A stretch of DNA of 64,000 bases from Candidatus Aenigmatarchaeota archaeon (GCA_046539325.1 JBKHHD010000004.1:25352-89351); one strand, 5' to 3'. Positions 1 through 10,028 are shown, counted from the first letter of the stretch. A program made the numbers and translations. Notes: generated by a model not told the origin, from the letters alone.

Positions 1-1
1 T

Positions 2-184
2 GTCAAGGTCAAGAAGCCAACTGTGATTAGGGAAGGGGATACTGTAAAGGAGTGCTTCATGTACAAAGGGATGAAGGAGTGCTTTGAAGACAGGTGTTTT
101 TGGAAGAAGAACGGTGAGTGTCCCATATCCAAGGCTCTGGACGAGGAACCTGAAGAAGACGAAGAAAAGGTTGAAGCGTGGTAG
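2..184 (+). CDS. 3' end of a hypothetical protein (partial, Cys-rich C-terminus)
   Basis: Open frame from window edge VKVKKPTV...CFMYKGMKECFEDRCFWKKNGECPISK...EAW*; its stop abuts the trm1 stop. Confidence 0.6.
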   Translation, partial: VKVKKPTVIREGDTVKECFMYKGMKECFEDRCFWKKNGECPISKALDEEPEEDEEKVEAW

Positions 185-1252
185 TTAATCCATACAATCA
201 ACTACTTCCTCGAAAGGAGCTTTGGTTTTTACTGCTGTTGGTGAATACACTGATTTTCTTGTTTTGTACCCCCTTTCTTCTAACCTTCTCATAAGTTCTT
301 CCGTTTTTATTATAGGAAGACTCTGTTTCTTGGCTATGTAGTGCAGATCGTAATGGTAAGGCATATCCATATCTTTTGAAAGTTCCTGCACCTTCCTCCT
401 TTCCTTGTAGAATCCTCTTTCCTTGCACTCCCGGGCAACTTCCTTACAGAAGCTTTGGGTGTTAAACTTGGGCGCGTATACGTTCGTTCTCTCAGTTCTC
501 CTTCCGCATACTTTACATTTTTCATGGAAACCACGGCTTCTCCAGCCGCAGCTAAAGCAGTGTGAAATATAGTCAAAGTTCTTGAAGTTTTCCTTTACTT
601 CCTTGGCGCCCTTGGCCACCTCACCAAATATTCTCGCGTAATGCTCCTTGAAGTAGCAGAGTCTTGGATAAAAGGTCTTTTTGTATCTGCCCAAACTTTC
701 GATGATAGCTGAAACCAGAATTCTGAGTCCAAGTTCCTTGTTGTAACCTGTTTTCATACTTTTCCTTGTGTATCTTCGTTTCGATACCCTGGGGTAAGTA
801 CCGAAAAAGGAGGACGTATCGGTGGCGGATACCGCCAAGATTCCACCTCTTCTTATAGAGCCGGCAGCTGCATCAAGAAACTCTGCAGGTGAGCCAAAGG
901 GATCTATGTCTATAAAGTTGAAGTCCTCTTTCCTTAGAAGCACAGCTGCGTCCTTGTTCCTTACCTCCACATCCACTTGATTTCTCCTTACGTTCTCCTT
1001 TATCAGATCCACGGCCTTCGGGTTTGCGTCGTTGAGCCATACTTCAGGAACCTCTGCTTCCTCTTTGTACCTTATACCCCGGATACCGGAGGCAGAGAGA
1101 GCATCACAGGCCCTTTCAGGCTCTATCACAGAGGCTACAGCCACGGACAGATTCCGGTCGTACTCCATTTTCGGGTTGTAGAAAACTTCCTTGTCGTAGG
1201 ACTTTCCCTCGTGGACCTCTATATCGACTTCTCCTTCCGTAATGGTTTTCAT
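185..1252 (-). CDS. trm1: tRNA (guanine26-N2)-dimethyltransferase Trm1
   Basis: VFYNPKM, DALSASGIRGIRY, DIDPFGSP, SATDT and C-terminal CxxC zinc ribbon. Confidence 0.95.
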   Translation of the reverse strand: MKTITEGEVDIEVHEGKSYDKEVFYNPKMEYDRNLSVAVASVIEPERACDALSASGIRGIRYKEEAEVPEVWLNDANPKAVDLIKENVRRNQVDVEVRNKDAAVLLRKEDFNFIDIDPFGSPAEFLDAAAGSIRRGGILAVSATDTSSFFGTYPRVSKRRYTRKSMKTGYNKELGLRILVSAIIESLGRYKKTFYPRLCYFKEHYARIFGEVAKGAKEVKENFKNFDYISHCFSCGWRSRGFHEKCKVCGRRTERTNVYAPKFNTQSFCKEVARECKERGFYKERRKVQELSKDMDMPYHYDLHYIAKKQSLPIIKTEELMRRLEERGYKTRKSVYSPTAVKTKAPFEEVVDCMD

Positions 1253-1337
1253 ATCTAGAACCTCTTTTATTCTAGGTTTTAATTATTTGATTGTGTATGA
1301 GAGAACAAGATGCTATTTTGAAAGCAGAATACTATTA

Positions 1338-1868
1338 TCAACAGTTCTTGCAAGCGATGAGAGATCCTTTTGGAAAGTAACCTCGGTTCTCCACGCTGTA
1401 TCCGTTTGATGATAATAGTTCACCTATTTCTTTAATCTTCTTATCGTTATTCTGATGATTACACATTTCAAGTGCAAAAAAGCCTGGCCTGAGGGTTTCG
1501 GATACATGCCTGGCAAGTTCTTCTCCACTATCACTCTTCCCATTCAATCCATAATACTTCTGATATGTTTCAGGAACTACGTCAAACAGATATCTATTAC
1601 TGGGTACCAGTTCGGGGTCTATTGCCTTGATTTCTATATTGTCTTTGTCCTCAACCTCCATCTTTTTTGAAATCTCCTTTGCGTAGTTTGGATTGCTGCC
1701 TGTACCTATCACAGCTACCTCATACATCCCGAGTGAATCAAACTCCTTATCAATGTAATCATACAGTCCTCTTTTCAAAGGATGGTTGGGATTGTAGGAA
1801 CTGTGATTGTTTTCTCCGCACATCTTTACTGAAAGTATAGCATCGGGTTTATTTGGCAATTTCAACAC
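1338..1868 (-). CDS. hypothetical protein (possible degenerate Rossmann/methyltransferase-like fold)
   Basis: 176-aa ORF; VAVIGTG...IKAIDP resembles SAM-binding motifs; start uncertain. Confidence 0.5.
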   Translation of the reverse strand: MLKLPNKPDAILSVKMCGENNHSSYNPNHPLKRGLYDYIDKEFDSLGMYEVAVIGTGSNPNYAKEISKKMEVEDKDNIEIKAIDPELVPSNRYLFDVVPETYQKYYGLNGKSDSGEELARHVSETLRPGFFALEMCNHQNNDKKIKEIGELLSSNGYSVENRGYFPKGSLIACKNC

Positions 1869-1928
1869 CTGTTGTTATTTATTGGTAACCAATACTTATA
1901 AAGTTTCCCAGAAAGCTGTAGAGAACGA

Positions 1929-2474
1929 TCATAGGTCCTTCTGCATTATCACAGTGTCCTCATAACTACCTTGTACATATGCTCCGTCCCTGATTCTTCC
2001 TCTTTCCTCAAAACCCAGGCTTTTGTAGAAACTTATAGCTCTCTTATTGCTTTCAAACACTTCCATCTTTATTATTTCGATGCCAAGTCTCTCCTCTGCT
2101 TCGTTGAAGATGGCCTCTGCAAGCCTTGTACCTATTCCCATTTCTCTTACATCCTTTTTCAGTCCTATTCCAAACTTGCCTACATGAGACTTGGCACCTA
2201 CTCCACACTCTACAGAAGCTCCACCCATTACCTCTCCTTTGACCTCCACGACAAGGTAAATCTTTTCACCGCTCTCGTTATTCTCCAAAACATCTGATAG
2301 CCATCCAATTTCCTCCTCTCTAGTTTTCTTCTCTTGGAAAAGAAGGTATCCGCCTTCTTCGATCAAGGAGTTTATATATTCCAGAAGATCGTCCAGGTCC
2401 TTCATCTCAGGATACCTGATTTTCACTTCCTTGCCTTCGACTTCAAACTCGTCCACGGTATTTCCAACCAACAT
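1929..2474 (-). CDS. GNAT family N-acetyltransferase (RimJ/RimL-like)
   Basis: REMGIGTRL acetyl-CoA motif and N-x-RAISFYKSLGF-x-E-x-G. Confidence 0.9.
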   Translation of the reverse strand: MLVGNTVDEFEVEGKEVKIRYPEMKDLDDLLEYINSLIEEGGYLLFQEKKTREEEIGWLSDVLENNESGEKIYLVVEVKGEVMGGASVECGVGAKSHVGKFGIGLKKDVREMGIGTRLAEAIFNEAEERLGIEIIKMEVFESNKRAISFYKSLGFEERGRIRDGAYVQGSYEDTVIMQKDL

Positions 2475-2558
2475 TCTATCCAGTAAATCTTTCTTGGCTT
2501 AAGATATAAGTTTTTTCAGGGGCCTCGAAATAAAGAAAAACGGATCCGTTAACCTGAC

Positions 2559-2927
2559 TTACTCTGAAGAAGGTAATCTTTCTGAGAGGTTCTCCAGATC
2601 GGATTTTATGGACTTCATTTTTGGGACGAAATCTTCGATGTTATCTTCCCTTCTGCGCCATAACTCAACTTTGTCGGTTTTTTTATTGCGAGTTATTAAA
2701 GCACTTTTCTTATATTCACCTTCATTTACCTCTTCTTCGTAGTCTATTTTCTGATGGCTATGACCTTCAAAATATTTTATTTTACCTTCACCACAATCCA
2801 CTGCATTTCCTTCACGGTTAGAGTAAAATGCATTCTTTTTGGCCAGAGAAAAAAGCTCTTCGTAAAAGGAATCGTCGAGCTTTTCTATTTCATTTGATTT
2901 TCCAACAAAGAGGTTTTTTTCTTCCAT
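2559..2927 (-). CDS. hypothetical protein
   Basis: 122-aa ATG ORF filling the gap, E/K-rich like neighbours. Confidence 0.6.
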   Translation of the reverse strand: MEEKNLFVGKSNEIEKLDDSFYEELFSLAKKNAFYSNREGNAVDCGEGKIKYFEGHSHQKIDYEEEVNEGEYKKSALITRNKKTDKVELWRRREDNIEDFVPKMKSIKSDLENLSERLPSSE

Positions 2928-3027
2928 AGCAAGTGATGATTATTCACAAAAATTTATATACGTTGAGAGAGCCCCGTAGGGTTACTTTTCACTGTGATTT
3001 CCTAGAGGAAGGTGTCCTTTCTAAACA

Positions 3028-4308
3028 TTATTCTTTGTCGATATACTTCTTGCCGTCCATGTACGGACGTAGTGCCTCCGGCACCTTAACAGTTCCGTCC
3101 TCCTGTTGGTTCTGCTCGATTATGGCTATTATAGTCCTGCTGGTCGCTAGTGCTGTGTTGTTAAGCGTATGCACGTACCCTTTAGGTGCTTTACCTTCAC
3201 CTTCCCTGTACTTTATCCCCAGGTTCCTCGCCTGGTAGTCCAGACAGTTGGAGTTTGATCCAGTTTCATGGAACTGTCCATCGGCCATCCAGCACTCCAC
3301 GTCGTAGAGCTTGCTGGCCTTGTCGTTCATATCGCCTGTGCAGGCCTTGACTACTCTATGATGCAGTCCCAGTTTTTTGTAAAGCTCCTCTGCGTTTTCC
3401 TGCAGCTCTTTGAAGTAGTTCCAGGAGTCCTCGGGTTTGCAGAAGACGAACTGCTCTACCTTGTTGAACTGGTGCACACGGTACAGACCGCGCGAGTACT
3501 TTCCGTGTCCCCCTCCTTCTCTGCGGAAACATGGGGAAACAGCGCATAGCTTCATAGGAAGATCATCCTCGAGAAACGTTTCGTCCTTGAACATACCGCC
3601 AACCGGATACTCGGAAGTAGGTATAAGCCACAGGTCCTTATCCTTCACCTTGTATGACTCCTCTCCTGTTCCGTCCGTGGCTCCTGATATGCCTTTGTAT
3701 ACCTCATCGTTGACCAGGTAAGGTGGTTCGACAACCCTGTAACCTTTCTCCTTGAGAAAGTCCAAGGCAAACCTTTGGAGTGCAAGGTCCAGCTCCACAA
3801 GTTCACCCTTCAGGAAGTAAAAGTCGGAACCTGCTACCTTTGAACCTCTTTCTACATCCAGCAAACCTTTGTTCTCAAGTATTTCAGTATGGGTCCTAGG
3901 CTCGAAGTTGAACTCGGGTTCCTCGCCCCACCGTCTTATCTCTACGTTATCTTCCTCTCCTTCGCCTTCGGGAACCTCTTCATCCAGTATGTTTGGTATT
4001 TTTTTCAGAAGCTCGTCCCTCTCGTTCTTCAGTTCTTCAACCTCCTCCTCAAGCTCTTCTAGTTCCTCCTTAACTTCTTTCATTTCCTTTATCTCGTCCT
4101 CTGCGTCCTCACCCTCCTGCTTCAGCTCGGAGATCTTCTCTGTCATCTCGTTTCTCCTATGACGCAGGTCCTCCACTTCCTGCAGCTCCTCCCTCCACTC
4201 CTTGTCCTTTCCGAGAACTTCGTCCACTATCCCCGTGGATTCATCCCTTCTCCTCTGCGACTCCTTGACTTTCTCCGGTTCTTCTCGCACCAGCTCTATA
4301 GACAACAT
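3028..4308 (-). CDS. serS: seryl-tRNA synthetase
   Basis: N-terminal coiled coil, LIPTSE, CFRRE, GLYRVHQFNKVE, HTLNNTALATSR. Confidence 0.97.
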   Translation of the reverse strand: MLSIELVREEPEKVKESQRRRDESTGIVDEVLGKDKEWREELQEVEDLRHRRNEMTEKISELKQEGEDAEDEIKEMKEVKEELEELEEEVEELKNERDELLKKIPNILDEEVPEGEGEEDNVEIRRWGEEPEFNFEPRTHTEILENKGLLDVERGSKVAGSDFYFLKGELVELDLALQRFALDFLKEKGYRVVEPPYLVNDEVYKGISGATDGTGEESYKVKDKDLWLIPTSEYPVGGMFKDETFLEDDLPMKLCAVSPCFRREGGGHGKYSRGLYRVHQFNKVEQFVFCKPEDSWNYFKELQENAEELYKKLGLHHRVVKACTGDMNDKASKLYDVECWMADGQFHETGSNSNCLDYQARNLGIKYREGEGKAPKGYVHTLNNTALATSRTIIAIIEQNQQEDGTVKVPEALRPYMDGKKYIDKE

Positions 4309-4392
4309 GGATAAAAATTGGTGGTTGTGACTTTTAAAGATGGAGTCGCCAAAACGAATAAAAATATTTCTGAAGAAGGTTGGATTGATTGG

Positions 4393-4797
4393 ATGTCAAG
4401 TGAATTTTCCGGGATTAAAGAACCATTAGAAAACATCTTGGAAAAGCTGCAGGACGAAGACTTTATATCTGAGAAAAATTTGAAGCCAGCTGGCTTCCAG
4501 GATGAAGTCAGAGTAACAGTTGAAAACCTTGAAGTGTGGGCGGGGAACCATCTTTTTGATAATTATCCAGAAGACTTTGATATCGATAAAGACAAGGGAC
4601 GTGAAATTCGAGCGTACTTTCAGGAAGGTCTAATAAACAGAGACTATGATTTTGTCGCCGAGCTCTATGAGGAGTTTCCCGATAAACTCGACGGTGAAAG
4701 GGAAGGATATGTTGATGATATAAACGAATACAGGGAAAGAAACGATCGTGAAGCCTTTCAAATATCTGGGGATGGTAAAGTTTTACGCGATGACTGA
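4393..4797 (+). CDS. hypothetical acidic protein
   Basis: ORF 4318..4797; ATG at 4393 preferred because the upstream part is the serS promoter region. Confidence 0.6.
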   Translation: MSSEFSGIKEPLENILEKLQDEDFISEKNLKPAGFQDEVRVTVENLEVWAGNHLFDNYPEDFDIDKDKGREIRAYFQEGLINRDYDFVAELYEEFPDKLDGEREGYVDDINEYRERNDREAFQISGDGKVLRDD

Positions 4798-4859
4798 AAT
4801 CGGATTCTCTGCGAAAAGTTATTTAAATACTAGCGATAAAAATCCTAAGAGGTGGGAAG

Positions 4860-5816
4860 ATGCCTACACTGAAAGAAATACATAGTTTCGCGGTCGAAGA
4901 AGGTATAAAGGAAGATCCGAGGGACAGAGAGAAGATAGAGGAGATGCTCGAGGAAAGGCAGGAAAAGCACGAAGAAATGGAGAGTCCGAGGAAAGATCAC
5001 TTCGACAAGGACAAGCTTGAAAATCCCTTCGATGATTCCAAAGTTCTATACGGCGGCGAGGAGGAAGTGGAAAAACTCGCTGTAGGTATAGATATTGAAG
5101 CACAGGATCTAATTCTTATAGATAGACTGAATGAGAAAGGGAGAGATATAGATGCGGCTTTTGGACACCATCCAGAAGGAAGAGCCCTGGCAAACCTTCA
5201 TGAGGTGTTGGGTCTACAGGTTGACACTCTGGAGAAGGCAGGCGTTCCTGTCTCCCAGGCCGAAGGTATCGTGAGGCCAAGGGCAGAAGAAGTCAAGAAG
5301 GGTGTGCATGCTACGAACCATCCAAGGGCTCCACGGACAGCTGAGCTGCTGGACATCCCGTTCATGTGCTTACATACGACCTGTGATAATCATGCTTACA
5401 GTTTTATGGAGGACTACATAGAAGAGAAGGATCCTGAGACTTTGGGCGACTTGGTGGATGCCTTGCTTGAAATTCCTGAATACGAATGGGCTCTAGAGTA
5501 CGACATGGGTCCAGAAATCTATACGGGAAGCAAGGAAAATCGGGCGGGAAAGATAGAAGTCCTAGGATTTACAGGTGGTACAGGACTGAAGGAGGACATG
5601 ATCGATAAAATGGTCGAATCGGGAATCGATACAGTACTTGTAATGCATGCATCCAAGGAACAGATAAAAAAGGCTAAGGAGGAAAATGTACACATAGTCT
5701 CCGCGGGTCACATGCCATCGGACTCACTCGGCATAAATCTAGTTCTCGATAAGATCCAGGAAAAGTTCGATTTGGAGGTAATGGAACTCTCAGGTTTCAA
5801 GAGAGTGGAAAGGTAG
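4860..5816 (+). CDS. NIF3 (NGG1p-interacting factor 3)-like protein
   Basis: NPFDDS, VGIDIE, HHPEG, HTTCDN, GFTGGT, AGHMPSDSLGIN metal-binding motifs. Confidence 0.85.
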   Translation: MPTLKEIHSFAVEEGIKEDPRDREKIEEMLEERQEKHEEMESPRKDHFDKDKLENPFDDSKVLYGGEEEVEKLAVGIDIEAQDLILIDRLNEKGRDIDAAFGHHPEGRALANLHEVLGLQVDTLEKAGVPVSQAEGIVRPRAEEVKKGVHATNHPRAPRTAELLDIPFMCLHTTCDNHAYSFMEDYIEEKDPETLGDLVDALLEIPEYEWALEYDMGPEIYTGSKENRAGKIEVLGFTGGTGLKEDMIDKMVESGIDTVLVMHASKEQIKKAKEENVHIVSAGHMPSDSLGINLVLDKIQEKFDLEVMELSGFKRVER

Positions 5817-5841
5817 CTTGAAGAAAACTTGGTAGCTATAT

Positions 5842-7113
5842 ATGACATCTTTGAAATTTTTAGGTGGTTGTAGAGAAGTTGGGAAGTCAGGAGTTCTATT
5901 AGACACAGGTGCTGAGAAGATACTCATGGACTACGGGATAAAGCTCAGTGACCCTGAGAGCGAGGACGGTATCGGAAGACCGGAGAAAGTTAATCTAAAT
6001 ATAGATGGAGTTCTACTGAGCCACTGTCATCTTGATCATTCCGGGCTTGTACCGCGCCTTTACAACAGAGGCTACGATGGAAGCGTGTACGCTACCGCTA
6101 CCACATTCGATCTCTCAAAAACTCTGTGGCAGGACTCTATAAAGATAGCAAAGATGGAAGGAAGACAACAGGACTTTATTGAGTCCGACATAGAAAAGCT
6201 GGTGAGAAACCAGAGAAGGGTGGCTGTAGGCCAGACGGTGCCGATAGGCAATTCAGAAGTCTCGGTTTTCGACGCCGGTCATGTACCAGGGAGTTCCTCT
6301 TTTCTTGTCGATACTGGCGAAGAGACAGTTCTATACACTGGTGATATGAACACGATTGATACAAGGCTTATGAAGGGAGCAGATCCGAACTATCCGGACG
6401 TAGACGTACTTGTAATGGAAAATACCTATGCTGACATAAACCACAGCCCGAGGAAAGAGCTGGAGAGGAAGTTCGCAGAAAAAGTCAAAGAAAGACTCGC
6501 CAAGGACGGTACTGTAATTGTACCTTCCTTCGCCATAGGCAGAAGCCAGGAGATGCTTCTCGTCTTAAAGGAAAATGGAATTGATGCGCCGATCTACCTG
6601 GATGGAATGGCAGTCGAAGCTACGAAGAAGATACTGAGATATCCAGAGTTCTTGAGATACCCCGACGAGCTAAAGGAGGCCTACCATGACGCAAAGATTC
6701 CCGAAGACGATGACGAGAGGAAGAGAGCGCTTGAAGGTCCCAGTGTTATAGTGACCACGGCAGGAATGCTAGGCGGTGGGCCTTTCGCCTATTACATAAA
6801 GGAGATCTACGACGAGGAGAACTGCTCGATTCTTATGACCGGCTATCAGGTAGAGGGGACTGCGGGACGAAAGCTTCTGGATACAGGGATCTACGAGCCT
6901 GAGAAGCAAGGACTGGACGTCAATTGTTACTACGAACTTTTTGACTTCTCTGCACATTGTGGAAGGAAGGAGCTTTTCGAGTACGTGGAAGCTGTAGACC
7001 CGGAGAAGGTAATTGCTATGCACGGTGAAGAGGCAGAAAACTTCATAGCTGATTTAAAGGAAAGAGGCTACGACGGTGTAGCTCCGGAGAACGGTGAAGA
7101 AGTAAAAATTTAG
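5842..7113 (+). CDS. beta-CASP metallo-beta-lactamase ribonuclease (aCPSF2-like, no KH domains)
   Basis: LGGCREVGKS, SHCHLDH, AGHVPGS, YTGD, GRSQE, TGYQ, FSAH, MHGE. Confidence 0.92.
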   Translation: MTSLKFLGGCREVGKSGVLLDTGAEKILMDYGIKLSDPESEDGIGRPEKVNLNIDGVLLSHCHLDHSGLVPRLYNRGYDGSVYATATTFDLSKTLWQDSIKIAKMEGRQQDFIESDIEKLVRNQRRVAVGQTVPIGNSEVSVFDAGHVPGSSSFLVDTGEETVLYTGDMNTIDTRLMKGADPNYPDVDVLVMENTYADINHSPRKELERKFAEKVKERLAKDGTVIVPSFAIGRSQEMLLVLKENGIDAPIYLDGMAVEATKKILRYPEFLRYPDELKEAYHDAKIPEDDDERKRALEGPSVIVTTAGMLGGGPFAYYIKEIYDEENCSILMTGYQVEGTAGRKLLDTGIYEPEKQGLDVNCYYELFDFSAHCGRKELFEYVEAVDPEKVIAMHGEEAENFIADLKERGYDGVAPENGEEVKI

Positions 7114-7173
7114 TTCTGAAGAAAGGGAAAATATTAATAACCTTTAGGGACCATTATTTTCTTAGTAGTTTAG

Positions 7174-7251
7174 TAGTGTGGGTGGTTGTATCCGAGAAGA
7201 AGAGAACTTGGGTGTGCGGACCTGTCATTTCTTTTCAGATAGCCTACGCTG
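7174..7251 (+). ncRNA. candidate structured RNA or 5' leader (three-way junction)
   Basis: Hand folding: 7174-7183/7242-7251, 7188-7196/7207-7215, 7223-7226/7238-7241, with complementary loops; many G-U pairs. Confidence 0.3.
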
Positions 7252-7289
7252 TCCTGTTCTTTCATCGAAAGAAAATAAAAAGAAAAGAG

Positions 7290-8084
7290 GTGATTCTAAT
7301 TAGTAGTTTTGATGGGTTTAGACACGATGAGGTTCTTAAAAAACAGCTTGAAGATTTCAGAGAAAACGGTTACCATCTCAATAAGTTAGGTGAAGTCTGG
7401 GGGTATTTCGACGAAATAGTGAAGGAAGATGTGTTTTCCGACTCTTCGGGGTTTCACATAGGCGAAGCTGATATAGTTGGTAAGGATTATGACAATGATG
7501 TCTGTGTGGTTTGCGAAGTTAAGCCTGATTACGGAATCGGTCCTATAAAGAAGGCTTACGAACAACTGGTTAGAAATAAAAGGCATTACGAAGGTAAGTT
7601 TCCTGGTGTCGAGATCAGAACGTGCATGAGATTGGATGATAGTTTCCAGGAGATTATCGCGCAGGATAAATCAGAGCTTAGAAAGGAGGCTGTCAAGGAA
7701 TTTGAAGACGAGGGTATCTACGACGTCATAAGTGAGAAAAAGAGGTTCTACAGGAATCCTCAAGAACAGAGCGGTATAGTTTCTGTTTTTGCTGAGAGCG
7801 AAGAAGAGAAGGTTGTCTCGCTTTGTAATATCGTGGCTCCTGTTAAAGAGAACGTTTGCCAGTCGGCAATAGAAAGATTGAAAAACAGAAAGAGGGAGCT
7901 CCTTGGCCGAAGAGAATACGAGGATTTTAAAATAAATACCTATGTCAAACCACTTGGGATCGAGATGATGAAGGTAGATAAAGTCAACGGACCTGAAGAG
8001 GATGTGAAATATCCCATGATAGAGGAAGTTGTGGAGAAGGTTCCCTATCCCTATCGCTGGACAAGGCTAAAAGATAACACATAA
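7290..8084 (+). CDS. PD-(D/E)XK-family nuclease-like protein
   Basis: GEADIVG...VCEVK...KAYEQL motif; SD GAGGTGA at 7287-7293 suggests a start near 7290-7299 rather than 7176. Confidence 0.6.
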   Translation: MILISSFDGFRHDEVLKKQLEDFRENGYHLNKLGEVWGYFDEIVKEDVFSDSSGFHIGEADIVGKDYDNDVCVVCEVKPDYGIGPIKKAYEQLVRNKRHYEGKFPGVEIRTCMRLDDSFQEIIAQDKSELRKEAVKEFEDEGIYDVISEKKRFYRNPQEQSGIVSVFAESEEEKVVSLCNIVAPVKENVCQSAIERLKNRKRELLGRREYEDFKINTYVKPLGIEMMKVDKVNGPEEDVKYPMIEEVVEKVPYPYRWTRLKDNT

Positions 8085-8096
8085 TTCCTGGTTCAT

Positions 8097-8996
8097 ATGA
8101 ACTCGCTGGATGAAACAACAGTTTTGGGCAAGTACGATGACAGCAATCTTATTTTAGAGAAAGATATAGCTAACCTTGAGGACCCGAAAGCTGTCAAGGA
8201 TGAGTTTTTGGACAGAGGTTATGACGAAGATACATGGTTCAATGTTTTAGAGTATTACAGGAGAAACGGTTCATTCCCACATGGAGAATTGGGAAAAAGG
8301 GCAGACAAGATATCTGCAAGAATTCATGAAATAGATGATAGATTTTTGGAGAGAAAATTCGACTCTGAAGAGGTAAATAAGCTTTACAGTATAGCCTCGG
8401 GGATGGACAGAGAAAATAATATTCAGAGATCACCTCTTACGTATCACGATGAACTTAAACTTTCTGATTTCAAGGACCTTGAAGCTCTGGTTTTAGATCA
8501 CAATGTAATATATGGGTTATTTGAGAACTCACCACAACTTAAATTTAAGAAGCAAGATGGCACTGAGCATATATTTTATGTCGAGTGGCAAAAACCACTT
8601 GAACTTATTGACAACTGTCTAAAATTACAGGAAGATGTTGATCTACGGTATCCAGGTAATGTTTTTGAAGATGCCTCAAAATACTGTGATAAAAATGGTT
8701 ACAATAAATATCTCAGTTTTGAGTTTATGAAAAACCTAAAGAAGGTGGGCAGACCCCTTCCTATTTCATACCATTCAGAAAGACTAAAGGAAACCTTGGA
8801 TTGTAATGAGGACGCTTCAATAATCCTTTCTTCATCAGAGGAATACGATAAGTTTGGTGTTGTTACATACGACAACCACTTCACTAAGAACGGAGAGCTC
8901 GAGGAAGTTATCGATGATATAGATGCTGATATGTTTCCATTACTCCCAGACTGCGCCAACCTTATCGTTAAATGTCTACGAAAAGAGGATAAATAG
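8097..8996 (+). CDS. hypothetical protein with C-terminal PIN-like domain
   Basis: LVLDHNVI...EDASII...VVTYDNHF matches the PIN acidic pattern. Confidence 0.55.
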   Translation: MNSLDETTVLGKYDDSNLILEKDIANLEDPKAVKDEFLDRGYDEDTWFNVLEYYRRNGSFPHGELGKRADKISARIHEIDDRFLERKFDSEEVNKLYSIASGMDRENNIQRSPLTYHDELKLSDFKDLEALVLDHNVIYGLFENSPQLKFKKQDGTEHIFYVEWQKPLELIDNCLKLQEDVDLRYPGNVFEDASKYCDKNGYNKYLSFEFMKNLKKVGRPLPISYHSERLKETLDCNEDASIILSSSEEYDKFGVVTYDNHFTKNGELEEVIDDIDADMFPLLPDCANLIVKCLRKEDK

Positions 8997-9001
8997 AAGT
9001 T

Positions 9002-9958
9002 TTATTCTAGATATATCTGTCCGAACCTGTTCTTTCCTGTCCACTTGTGGAAATCTTCCGTGTCCGCGTTCTCCTTCAGGTCTATCATCTGCACGGTCTG
9101 CGAATCCAGCTCGTCCAGATAGTGTATGGCGAGAGCTTCCGGGAACATCGGTTCCTTGACTGCGCCGTATTCATTCTTCCCGTGATGCGAAACAACTATG
9201 TGAAGGAGCTTGTGTTTAAGGTTTTCTGGAAAGTTCTCCAGTTCTCTGACCTTCTTCAGTATGATCTCCTGGCCAAGGGTTACATGCCCTGAAAGAAGAC
9301 CACCTCTGGACTGCTTTATGTTTGTGGTAACCTCAAACTCTTCCATCTTCCCTATGTCGTGGAGGAAGCAACCCACCTTGATTAGGTCCAAATCCAGGCT
9401 TTCATGTTGCTCACAGAGCTTCTCGCCAAGTTCAATCATATGTAGTACGTGTTCCATAAGACCTCCTATGTAGTCATGGTGGTAGAACATGGCTGCAGGA
9501 GCTCTTTTGAATTCTTCGACAAAATCATCGTCCACGAAAAAGGCTTGCATAAGACGTTCGAGGTCTTCGTTTCGGATGCCTTCAAACTTGATCTTAAGTT
9601 CTGAAAACATTTCATCGAGGTCCCTGTCTGCCTTCTCTATGAACTCCTCTATATCATATTCCTCGACCTTTCTCAGCCCGTCTTCTTCTATATTTATCTG
9701 TATATTCCCTTGGAACTCTGACGCTTTACCCTTCACTTCGAGGACGTTGCCAGAACTTATCTTACTCTGAACCTTCTCCACCTTCTCCTCGTTCTTTCCA
9801 CCCCAGTACTTGGCCTCAATTTCCCCACTTCTATCCGCAAGACCTAACGTAAACATATAACCTTTTTTGTAGGACTTCACAGGTTTTTTGTACTTCACAG
9901 AATATGTGCTTTTTACCTGGTCACCTTCTTGCAGCTCTTCGATGTCAGTTCTGTTCAT
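9002..9958 (-). CDS. yhaM: 3'-5' exoribonuclease YhaM family (OB + HD)
   Basis: LADRSGEIEAKYW OB fold; APAAMFYHH, GGLMEH, LHDIGK, SHHG, EALAIHYLD. Confidence 0.9.
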   Translation of the reverse strand: MNRTDIEELQEGDQVKSTYSVKYKKPVKSYKKGYMFTLGLADRSGEIEAKYWGGKNEEKVEKVQSKISSGNVLEVKGKASEFQGNIQINIEEDGLRKVEEYDIEEFIEKADRDLDEMFSELKIKFEGIRNEDLERLMQAFFVDDDFVEEFKRAPAAMFYHHDYIGGLMEHVLHMIELGEKLCEQHESLDLDLIKVGCFLHDIGKMEEFEVTTNIKQSRGGLLSGHVTLGQEIILKKVRELENFPENLKHKLLHIVVSHHGKNEYGAVKEPMFPEALAIHYLDELDSQTVQMIDLKENADTEDFHKWTGKNRFGQIYLE

Positions 9959-10028
9959 TTCACACCCAAGGAAAAATTATCAGGCAACAATAAAAAGCTT
10001 TATTTAGGTTCAACCTGAACTTTGGTTT

